The notes beneath the pieces were generated by a model. The model saw only the letters and a program-made list of their open reading frames with translations. It made no database searches and was not told where the DNA came from. Positions 10,051-19,659 of a DNA stretch of 64,000 bases are shown piece after piece. The DNA lies in the IMG/VR virus record IMGVR_UViG_3300025459_000003, positions 32,001 to 96,000 of that record. The stretch is one strand, 5' to 3'. How positions within the stretch are numbered: the first letter of the stretch is position 1; each line of letters starts with the position of its first letter. This DNA comes from a virus. The translations under genes were made by a program, and so were the position numbers.

Positions 10051-10857
10051 ATGGCGCTTTCTGCGGCAAGCAAAATCCAGGGCCCCCTCGGCCCGACCGG
10101 CCCGACCGGCTATACCGGCTATACTGGCTATACGGGCCCCTCAGATGGCCCCATAGGCCCGACCGGCCCCACGGGGCCGGGGGGCGGGGGCTCGTCCTGG
10201 CCCTACGTCAACCTCGTCCCAGTCCCCCCCGACCTGGCCGGATGGGGGTGGGTAAACCTGCCCGGCGCGTCGGAAAACCTGACCAACGGCGTCCTGACGC
10301 TCTCCACGACCTCCACGGGGGGCTACCAGATGCACTGGTTCGGGCAAGCGCTTCCGGCCCCGCCCTGGACGGTGATCTGCGCCTACGCCCCTCCGGGCCC
10401 GTTCTATTCCATGTCCACGGACGTCTACTCCGCCCAGAGCGGGAACTGGTACGACGGGCTGTGCCTGTGGAACAGCGACACGTCGTTCCTCTACCTGAGC
10501 CACTGGCTCGGCGGCCAGATGGGGATGACCATCGAGTCGTACAACGAAACCCCGGGCCTGTCCCCCCCGTACAGCGACCCCGGCTTCGTGGTCGGCGGGC
10601 ATGACGTGACGAGCGGCTTCCCGCCGTTGATCTGGTACAAGGCCCACTTCGACGACGTCACCTACGACATCTACACGTCCCTTGAGCCCGCGAGCACGGG
10701 ATGGCTGAGGATTTGGTCGGCGACGCACCACACCTTCCTCGGGGACGGCACCCCCAAGTACAACCATGCGGGATGGGCCATCAACACGGGCAACATGGAG
10801 GCGGGCCACGACTTCACGGGCGGGGCGGTCCTGTCGTGGAGCGTCACGGATTCCTAG
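10051..10857 (+). CDS. short collagen-like fibre protein with C-terminal beta-sandwich/lectin-like domain
   Basis: GPTGYTG repeats followed by an aromatic-rich domain. Confidence 0.7.
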   Translation: MALSAASKIQGPLGPTGPTGYTGYTGYTGPSDGPIGPTGPTGPGGGGSSWPYVNLVPVPPDLAGWGWVNLPGASENLTNGVLTLSTTSTGGYQMHWFGQALPAPPWTVICAYAPPGPFYSMSTDVYSAQSGNWYDGLCLWNSDTSFLYLSHWLGGQMGMTIESYNETPGLSPPYSDPGFVVGGHDVTSGFPPLIWYKAHFDDVTYDIYTSLEPASTGWLRIWSATHHTFLGDGTPKYNHAGWAINTGNMEAGHDFTGGAVLSWSVTDS

Positions 10858-10923
10858 CAGGCTTCGGCAGCTTCCCGGACTACCAATACCTTGGACAGAA
10901 GAAGGTCCCGGCCGACTTGACAC

Positions 10924-10946
10924 AAGGAAGCTCTTGCTTCCTTTTT
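10924..10946 (+). terminator. intrinsic terminator
   Basis: AAGGAAGC-TCTT-GCTTCCTT stem-loop plus T tract. Confidence 0.55.
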
Positions 10947-11050
10947 AGCCGCGGGACCAGGGGAGACCCGCGATAGGGTTCCCCGCACGCGGCAACAATG
11001 CGGCGGCGGCCAGGCCGGGACTTGGTCGCCGCCGACCTTCCTTGCCTTCC

Positions 11051-11761
11051 TTAGACGTCTCTCTTTGCTTGCCGATAAAGCACGCCGCCGAGCCCGAGCA
11101 GGCCCGACCCAAGGAGCAGCAGGCTGCCCGGTTCAGGCGTGGCTCCCTGATTGCCGAGGACCACGAATGCATCGGAACAGGTGCCGCCACCGGGGAAGAA
11201 GGATGGGCAGACATCGGGCGTGACGTAGCCGATCGCGCTCGACCACGCCGCCGAGGGGCCGTTGTTCATGTCCCAGAGCGCGGGGTCGCCGGGAACGCTA
11301 GTGGTTGCGTCGTAGAGCGTCAGCCAGTATGTTCCGGCATCCAGGTCGACCGGGCCCGTGCTGAAATCGTTGACATAGATGTCGAAACCGATATAGTTGG
11401 TGAACTCAAAGTAGTCGGTCGTGGCGGAAAAACCGCTGGCTTTGTTGGCGTTGCCGGGGCTGGTGCCGATGCCCCACCCAATCGAGGTCATGGAGTCGCC
11501 GAGGTACGCCCAAGAAGCAATCTCGATATCCAGCACGGTTCCCGGGAAGGCCAAGGAAAACGAGTTCGAAACCGCATAGTCACGGTTGATGACCCCAACG
11601 TTGTGGGTGCCGTAGTAAAAAGAGTTGCCGCAGTACAGGCACACCTCGGGAGGCGAGGCGTGACCGGGCAGCGGTTTCGCACCAATCGAAGAGGCACTGA
11701 CTACGCTCGCCAAGGCCAAACACAGCACGATGAGCAGCGCGAAAATCCTTGCATTTCTTAT
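11051..11761 (-). CDS. PEP-CTERM sorting-domain surface protein
   Basis: Signal peptide; C-terminal TPEPGSLLLLGSGLLGLGGVLYRQAKR; RBS GAGGAG precedes an in-frame ATA at 11761. Confidence 0.8.
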   Translation of the reverse strand: MRNARIFALLIVLCLALASVVSASSIGAKPLPGHASPPEVCLYCGNSFYYGTHNVGVINRDYAVSNSFSLAFPGTVLDIEIASWAYLGDSMTSIGWGIGTSPGNANKASGFSATTDYFEFTNYIGFDIYVNDFSTGPVDLDAGTYWLTLYDATTSVPGDPALWDMNNGPSAAWSSAIGYVTPDVCPSFFPGGGTCSDAFVVLGNQGATPEPGSLLLLGSGLLGLGGVLYRQAKRDV

Positions 11762-11821
11762 GAGCAGTCTCCTCGCTTAAATTAGACGTAGCTTCCCGAC
11801 AGCCCTATAATACACCATTTC

Positions 11822-12469
11822 CTACTTTCCTTGCATGTTTCTTTTTGTCAGCCCATAGAGCACTGCTCCTATGCCGAACAGGCCCGACCCCAGGAGCATC
11901 AAGGTAGAAGGCTCGGGCACCGGGGCAGGGGGATCGGCAAGGAACTCCTGGCTGGAGCCCAGGTCGACGGGCGTCAGGACGACGAAACCGGGAAACTCGC
12001 CTGACCAATATGGCATTTGCGGCTCTTTCGCCGCTATCAGCCACGCCGCTGCATTAGCATCCAATCCTCCCTGCAATTTGGGGTCGGTATCGGCCCAGAT
12101 CGCATAGGTTATGTCGTTGGACTGGGACGGATTTAGGTTGAGCTGTTCGACCAGCCATGCCAGCTCGCTGTAGAGGTCGAACGTCGCATGGGGGGAGCCC
12201 CACTGAAATTCCGCGTCAACGAGGCCGTCCACGGTGATTGGCGAGACGTAGGCGTCCCATCCAGGGGAAACCTCGTCCAGGAAGTCGTCGCAATAGATGT
12301 CGATCTGCGGGCCTCCGTTGATGGTGCCGTAGTAGGGATCGGTGTAGTACCCTCCCTGGTTGGCCCCGTTTGGGCCGATGAAGCCCACCCGGACCGTGTC
12401 TGCGGCGGCGGACAGGGAGAATAGGATCGTCACGACGAACAGCAGTAGGGCATAGGAATGTCTTTTCAT
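11822..12469 (-). CDS. PEP-CTERM sorting-domain surface protein
   Basis: MKRHSYALL signal peptide; C-terminal VPEPSTLMLLGSGLFGIGAVLYGLTKR. Confidence 0.85.
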   Translation of the reverse strand: MKRHSYALLLFVVTILFSLSAAADTVRVGFIGPNGANQGGYYTDPYYGTINGGPQIDIYCDDFLDEVSPGWDAYVSPITVDGLVDAEFQWGSPHATFDLYSELAWLVEQLNLNPSQSNDITYAIWADTDPKLQGGLDANAAAWLIAAKEPQMPYWSGEFPGFVVLTPVDLGSSQEFLADPPAPVPEPSTLMLLGSGLFGIGAVLYGLTKRNMQGK

Positions 12470-12573
12470 GTCACTCTCCTTTGGGATTTCGGCGACAACA
12501 GTCCCATAATACACGTTTTTTGGATTTTTTGATGGAAAAAGGGATTTTCCCGGAGGGGAGTCGCCCCCGAGCG

Positions 12574-14343
12574 TCAGCGCACGAGGAAAAGTACCTTGGT
12601 GCCCTCGGGCGTCTCCACCTTCTCCTCCACGTAGTCCGGCATTATCCTGCGCAGCTCCATGTGGTAGGACGACCCCATCGGGCATATCGCCGCCACCCTG
12701 AACCCCCTGGCCACGGCATGGTTGACCTTGGCCCCGAGCAAATTCTTCCGCCAGTTGGGATCGGGCCTTCCCTGCGGCCAGGGCGGCCCCGCGATCGGAC
12801 GGGGCAGGGTGGGCACGGGGGGGCGTCCCGGGGCGGTCCTGGGGCCGCCCTGGAGCCACGGCGCGCCAATCCTGACGCCCGTCCCGGGAACGGGGAGATA
12901 CTTCCGCTTGAACTGCTCGTAGAGGCAGTCCTTCGGGTAGGAGGCGTCCCTGTCCAGGTTGCGCCCCCCCGCCCACTTCCCGCACCAGTTGTTCCTCACG
13001 AGGTGGACGGCCCTGCTGCCCGTCGGGACCTGGACGGGCGGGCCCACGAACGCGTAGGCGGGGGGGTTGAACGAGAAGTACGAGGGCAGCGACGGGAGGG
13101 CGAAGTGCCGCACCGCCTCCGTCAGGAGGTTCGGGCCGATGTCGGACCATTCGATCCTCTTCCAGTCCTTCTCCCGGCACTTCTCGATGAGCCATGCCAT
13201 GACGCGGGAGCCGGCCGGGGCCCTCATGCAGTCCCCGTTTATCTGGTCCTTGTGCCCGCTGTCCGGGTACTGGTTCACGAAGACATGCTCGTCCTTGGCG
13301 TCGAACGGCCTCACGCACACCGTGTCGGTGTCGACCCACCAGCCCCCCTTCTGGAGGAGCAGGTGGTAGCGGAACCAATCCGAGAAGTTCGTCAGGTTCT
13401 GGAACTTCTCGATGTCGGCCTCCGGCACCACCTCGTTCGCGTCCATGACCGCCGTGCCCTCGGGCACGTCCCTGCACGGCCCGTACGTGTAGAGGTGGAA
13501 CTCGTCCCCGTGGTGGAGGTAGGAGGCTATCGACAGCCTCTCCATCGTGGTGAGGCGGGCCCCGACCCACAGCGACTGCATGACGTTGCGCCCCTCCCTG
13601 TCGAGGTAGCGCTGCCTGAGCTGCTCGTAGGGGCTCCCCGGGGGGAAGACGCCGTCCTTGTCCATCCCCGTCCTCCCCCACATCTCGTTCCAGAGGTGGA
13701 CGGCGTAGGACTCGTCGGTGAGGTCGAACGTCGCCCCCGCCATGACCAGCTTCCTCACCTCCCATGCCATGACGGGGCAGAACGCCTGCGGCGGCAGGAC
13801 GTGCTGCCGGAGGCCGAGGGCGTCCACGGCGCTCTCGACGAGGGCGGGGCCGCTGGCGGCCCAGGGGATCTTCGCCACGTCCATCTCCCGGCACTTCTTC
13901 CAGCAATAGCCCATCGCCGAGCTTCCCGCTGGGACCTTGATGATCCCGTTGTTGACCTGCGTCCCCACGAACTTCATCGTCCCCTTGACGCTCGTGGCCT
14001 TGACCTCGCTGGAGAACACGTAGTCCTGCGCCATGTCGAACGGGCGGAGGCAGACGGTGTCGGTGTCGACCCACCACCCGCCCCTGTCCAGGAGCAGCTT
14101 GTAGCGGAAGAAGTCCGAGAATATGGCGGGCTTGGAGAAGTCCTTGTGGTGGAGGGAGGAGAGGGGGAGGACCTCCGCGGCGTCCTTCATGACGACCCCG
14201 GGCGGCACCCCCTCCACCCTGTCGTAGGCGTAGAGGTGGAACTCGTGCCCGTGGCGGAGGAAGGAGTTCAGGGCCGTCCGCTCCATCGTGGAGAGCCTGG
14301 GCCCGAGCCAGAAGCCCTGGATTACGCGGTTGTCCTCTCTCAT
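12574..14343 (-). CDS. tandem-domain glycosyltransferase (GT32/DXD-like)
   Basis: Two copies of FSD(F/W)FRY.LL...GGWWVDTDTVC. Confidence 0.85.
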   Translation of the reverse strand: MREDNRVIQGFWLGPRLSTMERTALNSFLRHGHEFHLYAYDRVEGVPPGVVMKDAAEVLPLSSLHHKDFSKPAIFSDFFRYKLLLDRGGWWVDTDTVCLRPFDMAQDYVFSSEVKATSVKGTMKFVGTQVNNGIIKVPAGSSAMGYCWKKCREMDVAKIPWAASGPALVESAVDALGLRQHVLPPQAFCPVMAWEVRKLVMAGATFDLTDESYAVHLWNEMWGRTGMDKDGVFPPGSPYEQLRQRYLDREGRNVMQSLWVGARLTTMERLSIASYLHHGDEFHLYTYGPCRDVPEGTAVMDANEVVPEADIEKFQNLTNFSDWFRYHLLLQKGGWWVDTDTVCVRPFDAKDEHVFVNQYPDSGHKDQINGDCMRAPAGSRVMAWLIEKCREKDWKRIEWSDIGPNLLTEAVRHFALPSLPSYFSFNPPAYAFVGPPVQVPTGSRAVHLVRNNWCGKWAGGRNLDRDASYPKDCLYEQFKRKYLPVPGTGVRIGAPWLQGGPRTAPGRPPVPTLPRPIAGPPWPQGRPDPNWRKNLLGAKVNHAVARGFRVAAICPMGSSYHMELRRIMPDYVEEKVETPEGTKVLFLVR

Positions 14344-14906
14344 TTTCGATCCCTGTAAATCCTCACTATGTCGTCCTTCGCCTCGAATTCCCAGCCGGGG
14401 GCCATGCCCAGGACGTAGCTCCTCAGGTCCGGCAACGAGGGGTACGGGGTGGGCGCACCCTTGAACTCCCTGGCATCGTCGATCAGGATGGCGCAGTCCG
14501 GGCAAAAGGAGAATATGGTCCTCAGTTCCTCCAGTATGGGGGTGTCGACCTTTCCCCGAGCGGTTATGCCCATGGACCAGTGGGCATCCAACCAGAACAG
14601 GAGCCTTTTGCCCAGGGAAGGAAGCACCTCGCCCAGGACCTCCCCGCTATCCCCCCAAAAAAGGTGAACCTTCGGGTTTCCCTTGAAAGTCTCCTGCGCC
14701 TTCCGGTAGAGGTCGGCCCCCAGCTCCACCGAGTAGATGTCGGAAAAGTGCGGCAGCATGGCGGAGACGGTGATTCCCAGGTACGTCCCGGTCTCGAAAA
14801 GGGCGTCGAGCCCGAACCTTCTGGCATGCTCCACGATGGCGGCGTGCTTTACGGGGTAGCCCCAGTCTGCGGGGGTGTCCCGGAACCCGATCATGGCCTC
14901 GTCCAT
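14340..14906 (-). CDS. class I SAM-dependent methyltransferase-like protein
   Basis: FETGTYLG, GDSG, WLDAH, IDD motifs. Confidence 0.7.
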   Translation of the reverse strand: MDEAMIGFRDTPADWGYPVKHAAIVEHARRFGLDALFETGTYLGITVSAMLPHFSDIYSVELGADLYRKAQETFKGNPKVHLFWGDSGEVLGEVLPSLGKRLLFWLDAHWSMGITARGKVDTPILEELRTIFSFCPDCAILIDDAREFKGAPTPYPSLPDLRSYVLGMAPGWEFEAKDDIVRIYRDRK

Positions 14907-15622
14907 CTGTCCTCCAGCCCATAGTCCACCCTCAGGATGGTCTCGGGCGCGTCCGACCCGAAGGTCAGGAAGTTGTTCAGGGTGTAGACCATCCCCAGCC
15001 TGTGCGCTATTACCGACGCCGCGGACAAGTCGTGCCTGTGCCCCAGCACTCGCGGGTCGGAGGATGCTGCCCCGCCTGCATTGTCCCACGGGCCGTAGAA
15101 GGAGCCGTTGTTGGCCGCCTCCATCCACTGCGACAAAAAGCTGCGGGCGACCTCCTTCTCAAGGTCCAGGCCCAGGGAGTGGGTGGCCAGTTTCGGTATC
15201 CCGAACGATTCCTCGCGGGTTACGTTGAGCAGGGGGAGGGCGGCATCGCTAATCCATTCCCCGGCGACCCACAGAGGCCTGCCGTTGAGCCACGGGGCGC
15301 TGGCGAGCCAGTATCCGGTCCCCTCCATCAGCTCCCATATCGGCAGGAGCGGACGGACCGCCACGACCGACGCGTCCGCCCAGAGGACTGACGTGAAGCC
15401 CGCGTCCGCCGCCGCTTGCATGGCATAGACCTTTGATGCATAGGGGGCGTCTTCCGGTGTCGGGCAGCCCATGGGGACGCCCCCCTTGTAGACCAGCAGC
15501 GCCACGTCGCCCCCGTTCCTGAGGAAGCCGGACGTCCACCGTCTTAGCCTGTCCGAGAGATGCCCGGGACGATGCCTGTCGGCCACCGGGGCGGTCGTCA
15601 CGATTGCCCTTCTTACCTCCAT
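14891..15622 (-). CDS. GT-A fold glycosyltransferase-like protein
   Basis: VLWADAS (DxD-like) and HRHD.S motifs. Confidence 0.6.
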   Translation of the reverse strand: MEVRRAIVTTAPVADRHRPGHLSDRLRRWTSGFLRNGGDVALLVYKGGVPMGCPTPEDAPYASKVYAMQAAADAGFTSVLWADASVVAVRPLLPIWELMEGTGYWLASAPWLNGRPLWVAGEWISDAALPLLNVTREESFGIPKLATHSLGLDLEKEVARSFLSQWMEAANNGSFYGPWDNAGGAASSDPRVLGHRHDLSAASVIAHRLGMVYTLNNFLTFGSDAPETILRVDYGLEDRWTRP

Positions 15623-15655
15623 TGTTCCATTCTCCCCGAACGTTTCGGCGTATCC

Positions 15656-16867
15656 CTAAAGGCCCACGTTTTCGTCGTTCAATGCGGACTCCCTCCGATG
15701 GATGCCCTGAAGCTTCTCCACCAGGCCCCAATGGTCGTCCAGGCTGGCAAGCAGGCGTATCATGGCCTCCTTGAGGGCCCCCTCCGTCCTTTTCAGGTCC
15801 GGCGAGAAGTCGTGCTTGGGCATGATGTCCAGCATGGCATTGAAGGCCCTATGGCTATTCAGGATGTGGGGCGAACCCCAAAGCTCTGCGGTGGGTTCGT
15901 AGATGGGGTTGCCCGCCCTGTCCGTGTCCAGCACCCTTGGATGGGAGGCGCTGTTTATCCCCTCCATGTAGCCGGGGTGCCGGGAGGACGACGTTTCCTC
16001 CACCCCTACAAAGAACCGGACGTTGCCGGCCAGGGGCTGCAACGCTCCCGACTCGGGGTACCTTGCCACGATGCGTATCGGGGCATCGGGGTGCCTGGTT
16101 TTTTCTGCCAGGTATGCCAGGCTTCTCCCGAACCCGCCGAGGTCGGCCATCACCGGGCGGTCCCCCATGATGGCTTCCGTGTAGGCTATGTGGCCGGGGG
16201 AGGCCCTCTGCCTGGCTATCCGGCTGGTAAGGTAGTAATGCACCCGGTAACCTCCCCCCGCCAGCCTTCCGAACCTTTCCATGAGGCTGCTCCACAGGCA
16301 GCAGTCCCGGCTGGACATCAAAAGGTCCGTGGCATTCCCGGCATCCCTGTGCAGGAGCACGCTCGCCGCGAACAGGAACGGGAAGTTGAGCTGGGACTGG
16401 AGCAGCTCGTGCCCGCGGTATTCGGGGCTGTACATGGTCAGCCTGCCCTCCCGGCAGCACCTCGCCAGCCCTTCGAGACCCACATGCTCCCCCAGCCATG
16501 CCTCCATCGGGGTCATCCCGGCCTGGGTGGCCCTGATCGCTCTTATTCCCGCCCCTTCCGCCGACTGTACGTCGGACAGGAGGTTGTCCCCCGTGTGCTG
16601 CCTTACCGGAGGCAGCGTCTTCCATATGGAGCCGTCCCGCTTCCCCCCCTCCGTCACGAAGAGGCGGTTGGGAAGCCCCGCCACCTCCCTGAGCAGCCTT
16701 TCCGCCTTTGCCGGGTCGTAGTAGTCGCTGACCACGATGTCTTCGGGGCGCACCATCGCTATGTTCTCGGCAATGGGAAAGTGCCCTTCCTGGTTCCCGG
16801 CGGCCACTTTGGGGTTCCTGCCCGCCACGAGCGTGTCGAACAAGTCCCAGGACGAGACGTTGCACAT
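15656..16867 (-). CDS. HAD-family hydrolase-like protein of glycan clusters
   Basis: SWDLFDTLV and HTGDN..SDV..A...GI motifs. Confidence 0.7.
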   Translation of the reverse strand: MCNVSSWDLFDTLVAGRNPKVAAGNQEGHFPIAENIAMVRPEDIVVSDYYDPAKAERLLREVAGLPNRLFVTEGGKRDGSIWKTLPPVRQHTGDNLLSDVQSAEGAGIRAIRATQAGMTPMEAWLGEHVGLEGLARCCREGRLTMYSPEYRGHELLQSQLNFPFLFAASVLLHRDAGNATDLLMSSRDCCLWSSLMERFGRLAGGGYRVHYYLTSRIARQRASPGHIAYTEAIMGDRPVMADLGGFGRSLAYLAEKTRHPDAPIRIVARYPESGALQPLAGNVRFFVGVEETSSSRHPGYMEGINSASHPRVLDTDRAGNPIYEPTAELWGSPHILNSHRAFNAMLDIMPKHDFSPDLKRTEGALKEAMIRLLASLDDHWGLVEKLQGIHRRESALNDENVGL

Positions 16868-16877
16868 GATCCATTCC

Positions 16878-17474
16878 TTAAAGGCTTCTCTTTATGACCC
16901 CCAGGCCGAACTTCCCCGGAAGTATCTCCGCCTGCCAGCCCGTCCTGGCCACAAACTCGTCGTATGCCCTTCTGGGGTCCCCCCATTCCCACCCGTAGCC
17001 CCTGGTCGTTTCGGGGGATACCTCGGGGGCAACGTCATGCATGAGGACAAGGCCCCCCGGCCTGACCCGATCCGAATAGCACAGGTCGCTGCTCACGAAG
17101 GGGTAGCTATGGTTGCCGTCTATGAACAGGATATCCAGCAGGGGCGGGAGCTTCGCCGATACCGCCTCCCTCTCCCTGCTGTCGGAGAGTATGAAGGTCC
17201 AGTCGGGATGCCCTTCGAACATCGACAATGCCCCGCATTTCGGGTTTATGTCCACGCTGTACAGATGGCCGCCGTTCCGCTCTACCCCGAGGAGGAAGGC
17301 GGATGTGGAAACCCCATTCTGGACGCCTATCTCCAATATGTCGCCACGGGCATGTTCGAGGAGCCAAGGAGAGTAGTCCCACATGTCCGTCCAGTGATTA
17401 AGATTGGCGTCATACCTTTCTTTTGGTGTCATTACAGCAGTGTCCCTCCCGTAATCCTCTCTATCTCCTCCCAC
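16878..17474 (-). CDS. class I SAM methyltransferase (Methyltransf_24-like)
   Basis: LEIGV..G.S, IDGNHSY, GG..MHD. Confidence 0.8.
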   Translation of the reverse strand: MGGDREDYGRDTAVMTPKERYDANLNHWTDMWDYSPWLLEHARGDILEIGVQNGVSTSAFLLGVERNGGHLYSVDINPKCGALSMFEGHPDWTFILSDSREREAVSAKLPPLLDILFIDGNHSYPFVSSDLCYSDRVRPGGLVLMHDVAPEVSPETTRGYGWEWGDPRRAYDEFVARTGWQAEILPGKFGLGVIKRSL

Positions 17475-18015
17475 GGAGCCCTTCCTCCTGAATCACCAGA
17501 AGGCAACTGTCGTCGTTCCCGGCAGGGTGCCTGGACAGGGGAAACTTGACCAGGAAGGACTCATAAGGAATGGCTGCCTTTAGCCTTTCCATGTTTTTGG
17601 GGCGGACGTCTTCCACCACATACAGCCCGTTGGGGGAAAGGAACGGGATGAGGGCGAGGGCGACGAGGGTCTGGTGCTCCAGCTCGTGCTCACCATCATC
17701 AATGATTACGTCTAGGTTTGTACCCATTGCTCTGGCCGCTGCCTCCAAGCTCTTACAATCCAACTGGTCGCCCCGAAAGCACCTTATCCTCCCTTCATCA
17801 AAGAGGCAGGACGGTTCTATGTCCACGCCGAATACCTCGGCATCGGGAAGGTACTCCGCCCACATCCTTAGGCTGGCTCCCTTGTACACGCCTATCTCCA
17901 GAAGCCGCCCGACGTGCCTTGGGGAGAGCAGCGCGGCGTAAAAGGGGGTATAGTTGTGCCCATCCGGCCCTTTGTCGGTGCCGTACTTCCCAGCAAGCTC
18001 ACATAGCTTTGTCAT
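17461..18015 (-). CDS. sugar O-methyltransferase-like (MycE-like) protein
   Basis: GTDK..HNY, LEIGV..GAS, IIDDGEH, YVVED. Confidence 0.75.
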   Translation of the reverse strand: MTKLCELAGKYGTDKGPDGHNYTPFYAALLSPRHVGRLLEIGVYKGASLRMWAEYLPDAEVFGVDIEPSCLFDEGRIRCFRGDQLDCKSLEAAARAMGTNLDVIIDDGEHELEHQTLVALALIPFLSPNGLYVVEDVRPKNMERLKAAIPYESFLVKFPLSRHPAGNDDSCLLVIQEEGLRGRR

Positions 18016-18955
18016 GGTCTTTTTCCTTTGCCCTGGGGTGCGCCAGCGCGTCCCTCAGTGCCTGTTCGAGGCTTTCCCTCGGCTGCCATCCATAGCGGTG
18101 CCGCATTCTGGAGTTGTCCGCCGCAAGCATGGGACGGTCTACCGCCCTTTGGTGCTGGGGGGAGGATACGCACTCGATGCTTTCCCCGAGGATGGCGGAA
18201 AGCACCTTGACCACCTCGACGGGGCTCCACGCCCTCCCCGTCCCCAGGTTGCAGGTATCGACGGAGTCGCCTATTCCCGAGACCATCCGGACGATTCCCC
18301 TCGCCACGTCCCCGGCGTGTACGTAGTCCCTCTTCGACTCCAGGTTCCCGACCTCGATCCGCCTTGAGACCTTCAGCCTTTCCAGGATTTCGGGGATGAG
18401 GTGCGGGTTCGTCTCGTATGCCCCCACCACGTTGAAGATGCGCCCGACCGCAAACCTGCATCCGCTCCGGGAGGCCGCCTCCTGCACCTGCTGCTCGTTC
18501 CTTATCTTGCAGAGGCCGTAGGTGTCCATCGCCCCCAGGCTGTCGGTCTCTACATGCGGCGTCAGGGAGCTTTTGTATACCGCCGCCGTGGAGGCAAGGA
18601 AGAACCGCTCCGCCCCATTGGCTACGGCGGCATCGAGGACGGCCTGGGTCCCGTCCACGTTGGTCCTCCACGCCTCCTCGGGGTGCTCGTTGCAATAGGG
18701 GATGTAGTGGAGCGCCGCAAGGTGTACCACGATGGACGGCTTGACCGTCCCCATGACCCTCTCGAACTCCGGCGAGAGGATGTCCAGTTTCAGGAACTCG
18801 ACCCCCTCCGGGGGCTTCCCCGCCCGCCATCGGCATAGCTTGTCCGCTACCACGATCCTCGAAAACCCCCCTTTGACCAGCTCCAGCAGGAGGTTCGTCC
18901 CGATGAACCCGCATCCCCCGGTAATCAGGAACCCGCTGTCCGTCGGTATCATCAT
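17999..18955 (-). CDS. NAD-dependent epimerase/dehydratase
   Basis: TGGCGFIG and YGLCK (YxxxK). Confidence 0.88.
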   Translation of the reverse strand: MMIPTDSGFLITGGCGFIGTNLLLELVKGGFSRIVVADKLCRWRAGKPPEGVEFLKLDILSPEFERVMGTVKPSIVVHLAALHYIPYCNEHPEEAWRTNVDGTQAVLDAAVANGAERFFLASTAAVYKSSLTPHVETDSLGAMDTYGLCKIRNEQQVQEAASRSGCRFAVGRIFNVVGAYETNPHLIPEILERLKVSRRIEVGNLESKRDYVHAGDVARGIVRMVSGIGDSVDTCNLGTGRAWSPVEVVKVLSAILGESIECVSSPQHQRAVDRPMLAADNSRMRHRYGWQPRESLEQALRDALAHPRAKEKDHDKAM

Positions 18956-19659
18956 ATCCCCCTGTACACCCAGCTCGGGTCGAAAAGCTCCTGCCAGTTG
19001 CTTACGTCGATGCCCAGCTTGTCGCCAAGCTCCCGCAGTACGAATATGGCGTTCCCGCCCCCTCCCCAGCACGGGGCCACCTCCGGCGGCCTTGGGCTTG
19101 CGGTGTGCAGGGCCAGCTCGTAGCCCTTGCGTTTTGCCAGCTCCACCATGGACGAGATGGAGGCCCCCCTGCGGTCGTCGCCCTTCTCGCCCGTTGGACC
19201 TTTCTCCGGGATCATCCGTTCTCCGGGGGGGACGGCCGAAAAGACCTCTATCACCATGACCCGGGGACGGTAGGATTCCAGGGACTCCCAGAGGAAGAAG
19301 TCGTCTCCGTCCACGTCGAGGGACAGCAGGTCGAAGTCTTTCGGCAGTCCGGTCGACCTTAGGATTTCCTCGAAGTTGCCGGGCGTCACGAGGGCGTTGA
19401 TTAGGGTCGCCTTGAATGCCGACATGTTCTTCTCAAGCTGGTCGAATTCCCGCTTCTGGCATTCGATGAGGACTCCGGACCACCCGCGCTGGGCTACCAG
19501 GGCATGGGTATTGGACCATGTCACCCCATCCAGCGCCCCGAGTTCGCAGCACCATTTGTTGGAGACGCCGACCCTTTCGAAAATGGCCTCCAGGACGCCG
19601 TCTTCCCCGCTTTGGCTGGTGACGTTCCTCCTTAGCGAATTCAGCCAGATGCTTGACAT
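18952..19659 (-). CDS. FkbM-like methyltransferase
   Basis: SQSGEDG, ELGA.DG..SNT, LSLDVDGDD. Confidence 0.75.
   Translation of the reverse strand: MSSIWLNSLRRNVTSQSGEDGVLEAIFERVGVSNKWCCELGALDGVTWSNTHALVAQRGWSGVLIECQKREFDQLEKNMSAFKATLINALVTPGNFEEILRSTGLPKDFDLLSLDVDGDDFFLWESLESYRPRVMVIEVFSAVPPGERMIPEKGPTGEKGDDRRGASISSMVELAKRKGYELALHTASPRPPEVAPCWGGGGNAIFVLRELGDKLGIDVSNWQELFDPSWVYRGI

Noticed and set aside
8068-10857. Diversity-generating retroelement acting on the fibre genes
   Set aside because: No reverse transcriptase and no adenine-specific TR/VR pair seen in the window
11822-14077. 751-aa ORF as a single protein
   Set aside because: Only the last ~215 aa (from ATG 12469 with RBS) look coding; the rest shadows the glycosyltransferase
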